From a virus: a stretch of 64,000 bases of DNA. The DNA lies in the IMG/VR virus record IMGVR_UViG_3300044949_001245, positions 24,604 through 88,603 of that record; one strand, given 5' to 3'. The notes beneath the pieces were generated by a model. It had not been told where the DNA came from and made no database searches. It worked only from the letters and a program-made list of their open reading frames with translations. Position numbers and translations under genes: made by a program. Of the stretch, positions 9,784 to 18,393 are shown one piece after another; position 1 is the stretch's first letter; each line of letters opens with the position of its first letter.

Positions 9784-11298
9784 TTACATTAGGTCAAGAT
9801 GAGCCAAAGCCTTCATCAATTCATTACGCTCATCTTCTTTACGACCTTTGGTCAAAAATTTAGCAACCTCTGGCTCCCACTCTTTGACATCTCCAAATAG
9901 CAATCTAGCTGTCGTTGGGTCAGCTTCAATAAGCTCATTTGCGTTATCTATTGACCTTTTAATCTCTAGTGCCTCTTTGAAAGTCCTTGAGCTAAATTTA
10001 GCTGGGTCCATCTTACCAATGTTCTTTTTAATCAAATCGAACACCGCTTCACGTTCTGCTACATCGTCAGCCTTATTCTCCAATCTTGGAACACCTGTGA
10101 AGTTCATCTTGTGTTTAAGATGCTCCATCATGTCAAGTTTTTCTGACTTGGTGAATTGAATATCTTGTTTTAATGCTCTCGTGTAAACTGCGTTGATATG
10201 CTCATCTGCCGTCAAGTCATGTTGGTCCATGTTAGTCAAGAACAAAATCTTACCATTGAACTCAAATGGGTCTATATTGGCATTTTTGTTAGTGGATTTT
10301 TTACCGACTATTCTCTTGCCTGAAGATGCGGTTGCTTTCTTCATAATGCCCATTGTTTCATCTTTTTTAAGAACTTCATCGGCATCGTCAAATACAATGA
10401 TTTTTCCGTTATGCTCTTTCAAAATTTGCGCCAGCTGAACAGGTGAGGTGATTTCAGGTGCCTCTACATAATCATAATCACTATCTCCAGGCTCATCAGT
10501 TTCAGGATTGAATGCCTTCTTTCCTAAATGCTCCGCAATCATGTGCATATTGAATGTTTTACCGACACCAGCACCGCCTGAAGCAATCATTAATGGAGAG
10601 TCAGTCCTAAAAAATTGTGCGTAAGTTTTATTGAGGTTGAAGATGTGTTGTTGTGGCTCTTCATAATCAGCGTCAGATGTCTTCATCTTATGTATAAAGG
10701 CATCCGCATCAATACGTTGTTGTTTAGTTTTTAAGCCACCAAATTTCTTTTTAATATAGGCTGGATTGGTCCACTCTTTACCCTCTTCCACATCCCCATC
10801 TATTCCATCAAGTGTGTCACTTTCTCCATCGCCAGATGTATCGTCAGCATCGGTATCTGCAACTTGCTTTGTCTTTTTGTTGGCAGTTCCTGTTCCGAAC
10901 ATTTCTTTCATCTTCTTGAATTTTCCTGTATTCAAGTTGATGTCTGAAACATCTTCGCCACGTTTAACAAGCTCATCGTATGCCTCTTGTCGCAGCGTTG
11001 GGTCATTGTTAGGATTTTTAGCAAATGTCTTTATCTTATCTGCGTCTTGGGTCAACAAGAATGCTCTCAATTTTTGAACTTTGTTGCCATCGCCCTTACC
11101 AGCTACATTTCCTGTAGTTCCTGTAATCTGCTTTTTGCCTTGTTGTGGCTTTCCTTTTCGCCAATCGAATTTTCCTGGCTTGATTTCAGTCCAGTACCTA
11201 GTGATGCCGTCACTTCCGACTTTTGAATCACCGACTTGTCTAGCCTTGACCAAGTCTTCATTAAGTATGCTCTCTAAAACAGATGATGTCCTATTCAT
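9784..11298 (-). CDS. AAA+ ATPase with N-terminal virion-targeting-like extension
   Basis: Walker A GGAGVGKT, Walker B IIVFDDAD, sensor FLTN. Start revised to the ATG at 11298. Confidence 0.75.
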   Translation of the reverse strand: MNRTSSVLESILNEDLVKARQVGDSKVGSDGITRYWTEIKPGKFDWRKGKPQQGKKQITGTTGNVAGKGDGNKVQKLRAFLLTQDADKIKTFAKNPNNDPTLRQEAYDELVKRGEDVSDINLNTGKFKKMKEMFGTGTANKKTKQVADTDADDTSGDGESDTLDGIDGDVEEGKEWTNPAYIKKKFGGLKTKQQRIDADAFIHKMKTSDADYEEPQQHIFNLNKTYAQFFRTDSPLMIASGGAGVGKTFNMHMIAEHLGKKAFNPETDEPGDSDYDYVEAPEITSPVQLAQILKEHNGKIIVFDDADEVLKKDETMGIMKKATASSGKRIVGKKSTNKNANIDPFEFNGKILFLTNMDQHDLTADEHINAVYTRALKQDIQFTKSEKLDMMEHLKHKMNFTGVPRLENKADDVAEREAVFDLIKKNIGKMDPAKFSSRTFKEALEIKRSIDNANELIEADPTTARLLFGDVKEWEPEVAKFLTKGRKEDERNELMKALAHLDLM

Positions 11299-11326
11299 AG
11301 TGATAAATTTGATTTCATTTATCACT
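11299..11326 (-). promoter_or_regulatory. perfect 10-bp hairpin over the translation-initiation region
   Basis: AGTGATAAAT (11299-11308) and ATTTATCACT (11317-11326), lying between the late motif and the ATG. Confidence 0.55.
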
Positions 11327-11339
11327 TAATACCTGTTAC
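11327..11339 (-). promoter_or_regulatory. putative late promoter for the AAA / kinase-ART / protease block
   Basis: GTAACAGGTATTA about 28 nt upstream of the ATG. Confidence 0.65.
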
Positions 11340-11348
11340 ATCATCATT

Positions 11349-12776
11349 TCATCGTTGCCATTTGATAGGCACAGAACATCCGAAAAATTCAGTCATCATT
11401 TTTTCACTTTCCTTAATGACTTCGCTTGAGTTTTCACCTTTGGCTAGTTTACTTAACCTCTTGTTATCCATAGAATTATCAATGACCCTCTTCATGTTTT
11501 TCACTGGGTCAAACAACAATTTTGCTAATTCAAAGTTATGTTTCACATCACGTAAATATTGAGAATTTTTCATTTTTAGCGCATCATTTAGGTATCCAGC
11601 GAACTGTTTTGGAGTAACATCCCATGGAACATAAATTGCCCGCAACTCATCACGAATTATATCGTCAATTTCACATTTTGGCTCAATAAGTCCTCTAGTA
11701 TCTCTCAAAACAGGATATGAACCATTGATGATTGCTTCGATGGTAAATCCATTAAGATGCGTGTTAGAATACTGCGCATAATGTTTACTGAACGATGGGT
11801 CAATACTAAACTTGGCATTTTTCTGAACCATATAGACATCTTCATTAGACATGAAGCCCATATGTTCCATTCCGTATTTCAAGGCACGCTCCCAAAGACT
11901 CATTCCTATATCACCCGCATCGCAATCTGGGTCAGTGCTTTTAGAAACAGTATATCTTGACTTAAACTTGTCTTTGTCTTGAGTGGTCATATAGTACAAC
12001 TCTATCCCTGACCCCCCTATCCACATGCTTGACCCCTTATCTAAATGAGGCATCAACGCCAACAAGTCCTCCATCTTTTTCATAGACTTGAAAACGTGAG
12101 CTGCGAAAAAGTCCACTGGTCTTTTCGTCATCGGTGTAAGGTGTAATTTCTCAGGTATGTATCTTGAGGCAAAATTTAATTGTCTAGGTATCGAAAAATT
12201 TTCGCAACAGTTGTAAGCTGACAAGTGTACACAATCTAACAACGTGATTTTATCCTCCAAATACCTTATCCAGCTGTTCCGAATGTCGAAATAACCATCA
12301 TGTACTGCCATGACTTGCTTGACGCTAGATGGTAGGTCAAAAAACTTGGGCCAAAAATCTAGTCCTTTTGCCTCTTTGGTTTTGGTTGGCGTAAAACTCC
12401 AGAACACTAAATCAACACCCTCCATAGCCTTGTGCCAAAGCTCAAGTGCATTATCCGCAAAAATCGGTATTCTGTTTGTATATGGAGGCAATATCCAACC
12501 ATAGTACGAATTTCTCCAATAGCCAGTAACCTCTGATTTTGTGTACCCCCCAGCTTGCGACCTGTTGTCTTGCTTACTTTGAAAATCTCCACTTTCAAGT
12601 TCCGCCAGTTTCTTTTCATATGAACCAGCTGGTATGGACTTATTGTAGGTGAGGAAAATGATGTCGACATCGTGACCCATTTCCTTAAACGCTTGAACTC
12701 TACTTTCGACATTTTTTACAATGCCTCCGTATTTTGCGATGTCAAACGTACAAATTCTGATTTTTAATTTCTTCAT
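11349..12776 (-). CDS. GT-B fold glycosyltransferase
   Basis: N-terminal YGGI....V.AFKEMGHDVDII; C-terminal FTIEAIING.YPV sugar-nucleotide-binding-like motif. Confidence 0.75.
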   Translation of the reverse strand: MKKLKIRICTFDIAKYGGIVKNVESRVQAFKEMGHDVDIIFLTYNKSIPAGSYEKKLAELESGDFQSKQDNRSQAGGYTKSEVTGYWRNSYYGWILPPYTNRIPIFADNALELWHKAMEGVDLVFWSFTPTKTKEAKGLDFWPKFFDLPSSVKQVMAVHDGYFDIRNSWIRYLEDKITLLDCVHLSAYNCCENFSIPRQLNFASRYIPEKLHLTPMTKRPVDFFAAHVFKSMKKMEDLLALMPHLDKGSSMWIGGSGIELYYMTTQDKDKFKSRYTVSKSTDPDCDAGDIGMSLWERALKYGMEHMGFMSNEDVYMVQKNAKFSIDPSFSKHYAQYSNTHLNGFTIEAIINGSYPVLRDTRGLIEPKCEIDDIIRDELRAIYVPWDVTPKQFAGYLNDALKMKNSQYLRDVKHNFELAKLLFDPVKNMKRVIDNSMDNKRLSKLAKGENSSEVIKESEKMMTEFFGCSVPIKWQR

Positions 12777-13426
12777 AACTTGATATAAAATTCTTCTGGT
12801 AACTGTTTATTGATATAACCTTGTTCAAAAAATAAAAAGCCACTTTGGGTCTTGTAATATTGTTTGAACAACGCAATTTTATCAACATGTTTCTCACCAA
12901 AGGTGAACTCCAGATTGAACTTTGAATTTACCAAGCCATTAAGATACGCTTGATTGCGTCTTTTATATGAATGAGGAAAATCTCTATAAAACACATCTGC
13001 GACATCCTCCGTAACTACTCTGGTGAGCCAGTGGAACGGATGACCCACCCCCAAGCAAGTCACAATCAAGTACCCCTTTTTCTTGTACTGACTCACTACA
13101 GTTTCCAATTCATCTACAACTGCTGCCAGATTTTCTTTCCCCATCATCCTTTGGCAGAACTTCATCGCTGTTTTGTCGTCCATCTCAGCGTGTTCCTTGT
13201 AGTACAACTTATGAAAATCCGTTGAGTCAGCCCTCGTTTCTAGCCTAGACAAACTTGCTCCGAAATGGTTACAAATTTCTTGGTCTTCAAGTAACCGCTT
13301 TGGATTGTTCTCTACTGTCAAAATGACCTTGTCACTGAAGTCCTTGCTATACAAATAGTGGCTAGCACTCAAAATTATGTCATCCGAATGAGGCTGGATG
13401 AGCAATACCTTTTTTCCCATATTCAA
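12773..13426 (-). CDS. PIG-L/LmbE family N-deacetylase
   Basis: LLIQPHSDD (HxDD) and GHPFH metal-binding motifs; ATGA-coupled to the glycosyltransferase. Confidence 0.75.
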   Translation of the reverse strand: MNMGKKVLLIQPHSDDIILSASHYLYSKDFSDKVILTVENNPKRLLEDQEICNHFGASLSRLETRADSTDFHKLYYKEHAEMDDKTAMKFCQRMMGKENLAAVVDELETVVSQYKKKGYLIVTCLGVGHPFHWLTRVVTEDVADVFYRDFPHSYKRRNQAYLNGLVNSKFNLEFTFGEKHVDKIALFKQYYKTQSGFLFFEQGYINKQLPEEFYIKL

Positions 13427-13433
13427 ATTAAAT

Positions 13434-14342
13434 TTAAGGTGTTATGGTAACTTTAACTTTGGAAGTTCTCTTGACTCCATGCGTAACACGCTGAACCACG
13501 AAATCTTTTTTGTTATCATCCCATACACTATTTGGCGGAACAACATGAAGTATTGACCTTGCCCAAGGATGAGCTGGCCCAACGACTGGTAGTTGGTCTT
13601 TTCGCCCTATATTGTTTCCGTTTGCTATTAAATCCTGAATTTCATATATCACAGGCTTTTCACCAGGTGTTCCGTAATTCTTTTCACAATGCTTACAAAC
13701 TCCTGGAAAAGTTTGTTTATACACTTTAGCATCTGACCCATAGTCATCTAAAATTTGCTGTGCCCTCCCAAATCCATATGCTTCTTGTAAGGTGTAATCA
13801 GCAATCCTTGAAAAATCCCTAGCCCAGTCTTGTGTTAATTTTCTCAACTCACTAGCCAACCATTGTTTGCCTTTGTTTTTTTCAAAAGCCTCAATTGTCT
13901 TTTTGCTTATTATTTTACGAATTTTTGCTTGTTCAGCAGCACTCGCTGTTAATATGCGTTGACTGAAATTGTTCGCTATTTTATTGCCCAAGCCTGATAA
14001 GTCCGTATATGCCCTGTTTTTCAAAAATTGTAACCCCGCAATCCTAGTTTTACTCTGTGGCCTTACTAACTCATTAGCAAACCACTCATCAAAATCCTTT
14101 CTCTTTACCTTAAAAGATTTTTTGCCGCCTAGAATTTGAGCCATTATTCCGAAATAATACGCACGCTCAATCTCTCCAATCCCTCCAAAAAGAACTTTAT
14201 CATCAGGGTCAATCCCATGCGTTTGTAACAATATCTTGTCATATGGAGACAAATAAGACATACCCAATTGAGTTCCGATGAACAAAACTTGATTGAGTTT
14301 TATCATATCTATCATTTTCCATATGTCCTGTATGCTAAACAT
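13434..14342 (-). CDS. MuF/SPP1 gp7-like minor head protein
   Basis: WARDFSRIA, CKHC and GPAHPWARS (variant of HPxCRC). Confidence 0.65.
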   Translation of the reverse strand: MFSIQDIWKMIDMIKLNQVLFIGTQLGMSYLSPYDKILLQTHGIDPDDKVLFGGIGEIERAYYFGIMAQILGGKKSFKVKRKDFDEWFANELVRPQSKTRIAGLQFLKNRAYTDLSGLGNKIANNFSQRILTASAAEQAKIRKIISKKTIEAFEKNKGKQWLASELRKLTQDWARDFSRIADYTLQEAYGFGRAQQILDDYGSDAKVYKQTFPGVCKHCEKNYGTPGEKPVIYEIQDLIANGNNIGRKDQLPVVGPAHPWARSILHVVPPNSVWDDNKKDFVVQRVTHGVKRTSKVKVTITP

Positions 14343-14562
14343 TGTCTTTCAAAAATTTTAGGATATCAGTCATGGATTTGCCGACAACTTTCTTGGCGTA
14401 ATTGCTCTGGAACTCCGCTACAATCTCATCAAGTACAGGCTCATTTTTCTCCTTGACGTGTCGCTGTTCTTTTTCCTTTATGGTATTCTTTATGAACTTA
14501 CCATTGAAAATCTCAACTTGTTTTTGAGCTTTCTGAATTTCTTCATAATTACTTAACTCCAT
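14335..14562 (-). CDS. small hypothetical late protein
   Basis: 75 aa; overlaps both neighbours; carries IQKA and GKS sites. Confidence 0.5.
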   Translation of the reverse strand: MELSNYEEIQKAQKQVEIFNGKFIKNTIKEKEQRHVKEKNEPVLDEIVAEFQSNYAKKVVGKSMTDILKFLKDNV

Positions 14563-15280
14563 AAATCACTGCGGTTGTGAGAATGGAACCAGTGGCTGTA
14601 CCTAACAGGAAATTAAACCAAGGCTTGCTCCAAATACTCTTTTTCTCAATAACTTTGATATTGTTCAATCCGTTAATGGTAGTATATGGATTTTCACTTT
14701 GAACCTCAACGAATGATTTTAGTGGCTTAAATATGCCCTCTCTCCTTTCGCCCACAGTAATAGTAAACTTATTATTAAAACTCAAAGAGTCCATTGACAA
14801 ACCACCTTTTTCGATTGTTCCTGCAAAATTATACCACTGGTCATAAGCCTTCACCCTAGTTCCAAATCTGACTCCTATCGGAACAGGAATGGTGTCGTGG
14901 ATAGTATCGGTTGAATAAACATAAATTGGCTCTCCAGCCTTTGCTTCATATTCCGCAATTATGTTCTTTATTTTCGTTTCAAAATTTATTTTGATTTGTG
15001 AATTCAACTTTTTCAAATTAGAATTTTCCAAAAGCTGTTTCTCAATCTCTTTGTCTTTAGAAATAATCACTTGTTCTTGCTCCACTATCTGCCTACCTAG
15101 TTTATCACGCTCAGTCTTGAACTTTTGCGTTTCGCTCAAATATGTGTCAGCAAGTAACTTATTGTTTTGTGACTCTATTTGTGAATTTCTACAACTTCTG
15201 AAAGTCAATAAGATTATTACAATCAGCACCACCTGGCTACCGACTAGTAATTTTATGATTGAATTTTTATCCATTTTCAA
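14549..15280 (-). CDS. membrane-anchored coiled-coil lysis accessory (spanin/Rz-like)
   Basis: N-terminal TM ending FRSC, coiled coil, C-terminal TM; adjacent to endolysin. Confidence 0.55.
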   Translation of the reverse strand: MKMDKNSIIKLLVGSQVVLIVIILLTFRSCRNSQIESQNNKLLADTYLSETQKFKTERDKLGRQIVEQEQVIISKDKEIEKQLLENSNLKKLNSQIKINFETKIKNIIAEYEAKAGEPIYVYSTDTIHDTIPVPIGVRFGTRVKAYDQWYNFAGTIEKGGLSMDSLSFNNKFTITVGERREGIFKPLKSFVEVQSENPYTTINGLNNIKVIEKKSIWSKPWFNFLLGTATGSILTTAVIYGVK

Positions 15281-15291
15281 TTTATTTTTTG

Positions 15292-16167
15292 TTAAAGTGA
15301 AAGTAACATGTCGATGAGTTCTTGTTGAGGGAACATATCAACTTTGTCCTTTCTAACATTAGTGTGGTTCCAAAGTCCTGGAGTGTTCTCGCACATTTTT
15401 ATGTCGAACACATCAAACGCATCAACCCCCTTTTGTCTTATCAAATCAGGCAACCCCTTGCGAACATCAATATTGTCTCTGTTCGCTATGAATAAAATCA
15501 AATCTTTCAACGCATCAATCTGCTTGTCCGAATATCTATGCCAAACGCTGAAACCTCTAAATGGCTTTTTCAAAGTAACTATTTGGCTTGGGTGTACCGC
15601 AGTTCCAACATACGTTTTTCCGCTCACCACTTGTCCGAAATTACAAACTTCAATCCCTACGCTATTTCTATGGATTGGAGCATTGCCTGTTCCTAAATGC
15701 CATGCGTAACCGCCAGCTGGAAATGCTTGTACTACTTCTCCATCATGCTTGGCATCACCATTAGTAACTTTTTGACCACCTAAAACAAACTCAGTCGCAA
15801 TAGCACCCCTCGTGTCTTTCGCCCAATTATTTACAGTGTTGTAAGGATTTTCCCAACCAGCTGTATGATGTAAAAACAACCAATTCTTTTTAGTTGGTCC
15901 ATCAAAATACTCCCCTTTTGGAAGATAGTGTTGTTTAATCATCACAGTATCAGAAATCTTACTTTGGTCTGACGCATCAGTTGTAGCCAATCCCATAGCA
16001 TTCCAAGTTTGTCTGCCTACGATGCCATCTACAACCAACCTATTTTCTTGTTGCCATTTTTTTACGGCAGCATCCGTTTTTGGACCAAAGACACCATCAT
16101 CATTCAATCCAAGAAATCTCTGGAGTTGCTTGACTTGCTCCCCCTTACTTCCAATTTTAAGTATCAT
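15292..16167 (-). CDS. endolysin: PG-binding domain + N-acetylmuramoyl-L-alanine amidase
   Basis: DGVFGPKT..AVKKWQ...L..DGIVG PG-binding domain; LHHTAG, AWH, SVGIEVCN, H..VRKDK.D amidase_2 motifs. Confidence 0.9.
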   Translation of the reverse strand: MILKIGSKGEQVKQLQRFLGLNDDGVFGPKTDAAVKKWQQENRLVVDGIVGRQTWNAMGLATTDASDQSKISDTVMIKQHYLPKGEYFDGPTKKNWLFLHHTAGWENPYNTVNNWAKDTRGAIATEFVLGGQKVTNGDAKHDGEVVQAFPAGGYAWHLGTGNAPIHRNSVGIEVCNFGQVVSGKTYVGTAVHPSQIVTLKKPFRGFSVWHRYSDKQIDALKDLILFIANRDNIDVRKGLPDLIRQKGVDAFDVFDIKMCENTPGLWNHTNVRKDKVDMFPQQELIDMLLSL

Positions 16168-16180
16168 ATCAAAAACAAAT

Positions 16181-16357
16181 TTACTCTTTTGGTAATCCTA
16201 TCAAGCTGTCCTTGGAGCGCAATAACAATCCTGCCATTCCGAAAAATCCAATCAAACTGTCCCACTCAGCCCCTTTGTGGTGAGCATAAATAGTGTACCC
16301 CAAAATTGCTAATCCAAGCAAAGTGGTAACATAATTTTTGAAAAGCCTATTTTTCAT
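16181..16357 (-). CDS. probable holin, 58 aa with two hydrophobic segments (missing from ORF track)
   Basis: MKNRLFKNYVTTLLGLAILGYTIYAHHKGAEWDSLIGFFGMAGLLLRSKDSLIGLPKE; ATGA overlap with upstream gene; immediately before endolysin. Confidence 0.7.
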   Translation of the reverse strand: MKNRLFKNYVTTLLGLAILGYTIYAHHKGAEWDSLIGFFGMAGLLLRSKDSLIGLPKE

Positions 16358-16737
16358 GATTTATTTTTTAATAGTTTAACAAGTTCAGAAATGGCAGCCA
16401 TTTCTTCATTTCTTGCGGCTGTTATCGCATTCTTAATTTCATCCAACGATGTCTTTTGATAGTTCATATGGATATTGACCGCTTCAAAATTTTTCCTAGT
16501 TTCTGCTGACAACAGTTCCAAGTCCTTTCGGAGCAATTCTGTTTCGCCTTTTCGCTTTCCTAGTTCCGCACGAATGTACGTCAAATCCTTTTCGGTGTCT
16601 TCCTTGTGCTTTTGGAAATCCGTTCTATTCTCCTTTTCAGCATCTTTGACTTGGCTAATCCACTGCTTAATAAAAAAGCTGGCCACCCCTAGTAATGTTG
16701 AATTCACGCCAAGTAATGCCCATGTTTCTACTGTCAT
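16354..16737 (-). CDS. N-terminal TM + coiled-coil lysis-cassette protein
   Basis: Hydrophobic N-terminus then heptad pattern; first gene of lysis cassette. Confidence 0.55.
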   Translation of the reverse strand: MTVETWALLGVNSTLLGVASFFIKQWISQVKDAEKENRTDFQKHKEDTEKDLTYIRAELGKRKGETELLRKDLELLSAETRKNFEAVNIHMNYQKTSLDEIKNAITAARNEEMAAISELVKLLKNKS

Positions 16738-16794
16738 ACTAACTAATTTTTTTACTTTTACACTCTATAACTGTAACAACTTAAAAATATGCAA

Positions 16795-17634
16795 TCACCT
16801 CTGATTGTTTACCACTTCCTCCATTAATTGTCTAATTGTAAATTTGCTATCTAAAGACATTTTAGAACGCAATAAAATTTCATCGGCTTTTGCTCGTGGT
16901 GCGTACCTATAATGATAAAATGTAGCGTTCATCAATAGCTGGCGAACTGCGAACCAAGGTTCAAGTTCAACATCACCACCAACAGATTGAGTCACCAAAG
17001 ATGCTCTGCGATATGTTGGTGAACTGAATACATAGCCATAGTCTTTGGGAAATCCACTCACAGGATTTGGCTCTACTGGCTCTACTGGCTTTGGTGGCTC
17101 TACTGGCGTAATTACGCCAATCGTGTCAGCCTCATCCATTTTATCCTTAACATTTTCATAAAATCCTCCTATGAAAATTACTAATAAATTATCTTCACCA
17201 TTGTAAACAAACATCTCTTCACTAGTGAAATCAAAATATGTTTGCGTTTCTCCCCCACCGCCCTTGTTTAAGATGAATGGCTCTTGTTTATGTACCCAAG
17301 TCAAATCCTTTATTTCAAGTTCCATATCTGGGGTGAATGGGTCAGGAAATTCCGACTCACTTATGTGTCCTAGTGCAATTTGAACAAAATCGAATTGATA
17401 ATCAGCAACGTATTCATACAAATTTAACTCCATTCCAACCATGTACTTCTCACCAGCAAAATCTTTAGAAAGTTCTGCCCTGTCGTATAAATTGGCGGAA
17501 AGTGTTTGTGGTCTAAACTCACCATAAATAGGCATTGCGTAATCACGGACAGTTCCTGTTCCTATTGAAGTTGCTCCAGTGAATACCTTTATTGTAGGTG
17601 AATCATTTAATGCTCTGAAAATGGATGTCTTCAT
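16795..17634 (-). CDS. hypothetical structural protein with PVEP repeat
   Basis: 279 aa; PVEPPKPVEPVEP linker. Confidence 0.5.
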   Translation of the reverse strand: MKTSIFRALNDSPTIKVFTGATSIGTGTVRDYAMPIYGEFRPQTLSANLYDRAELSKDFAGEKYMVGMELNLYEYVADYQFDFVQIALGHISESEFPDPFTPDMELEIKDLTWVHKQEPFILNKGGGGETQTYFDFTSEEMFVYNGEDNLLVIFIGGFYENVKDKMDEADTIGVITPVEPPKPVEPVEPNPVSGFPKDYGYVFSSPTYRRASLVTQSVGGDVELEPWFAVRQLLMNATFYHYRYAPRAKADEILLRSKMSLDSKFTIRQLMEEVVNNQR

Positions 17635-17636
17635 AA

Positions 17637-18365
17637 TTACCCCTTTACTATTGGAATTACACTGCTACCTCCTAATGGTTCATAAAACTGTCCGTAAGTC
17701 CAATAAAATGTATTGCCATCAAAAACCCAAGTCCAAATATCTACTGATTGTGGTGACGTTGGAATAAATGAAATCTTGGAAACGGCTTGCTCCACCGCTG
17801 CTTTCTGAAGATTGTCAACTTCTTGTTCCAGTAAATTTTCAAATTGAAACCGCCTGTTACCATTTATTACACGACTGTTTATTGGTGGGGAAATACTGTA
17901 TGTGTCACCTTTAGTTTGTCTCCCATCAATTATCAAGGTTCCATAGTCCCCATCCGATGCGTTGTTTATGTCAAGCTGGTAGTTGAAAATCTCATCATCA
18001 TCTTGAAAAATAATTTTAGCATTGTACCCTAGATAGTAACTCCAAGTGTATAAACCAACTCTATCTACATTTATTGACTGGAGTTGTAGTATCTGGAAAG
18101 CCTTTGGTATGACTGCCGGCACTTGTGACTCACAAACATTAAACCACTTACCAATAAACATACCCTGAAACGACATTGATGTTTCATCCATCGGTGCGGC
18201 AGTTGTAATTATTGCTTGATAGCATCTACTCAACCCCTCAGTATTTCGCACGGCTGAAAAATTTGAACCATTAATATCAGTGGCCCATCTTATGTAGGTG
18301 AATGCTTGTTTAACTACAGTTTCCGTACAAGGACAACCACAATCCTTTTGTCTAGTTTCTGCCAT
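17637..18365 (-). CDS. structural/fibre-like protein, shares repeat with 18394-19965
   Basis: DCGCPC and FTYIRWATDINGSNFS motifs. Confidence 0.5.
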   Translation of the reverse strand: MAETRQKDCGCPCTETVVKQAFTYIRWATDINGSNFSAVRNTEGLSRCYQAIITTAAPMDETSMSFQGMFIGKWFNVCESQVPAVIPKAFQILQLQSINVDRVGLYTWSYYLGYNAKIIFQDDDEIFNYQLDINNASDGDYGTLIIDGRQTKGDTYSISPPINSRVINGNRRFQFENLLEQEVDNLQKAAVEQAVSKISFIPTSPQSVDIWTWVFDGNTFYWTYGQFYEPLGGSSVIPIVKG

Positions 18366-18393
18366 ATATTTTGTTTTTATCTAGTTTTGTTTT

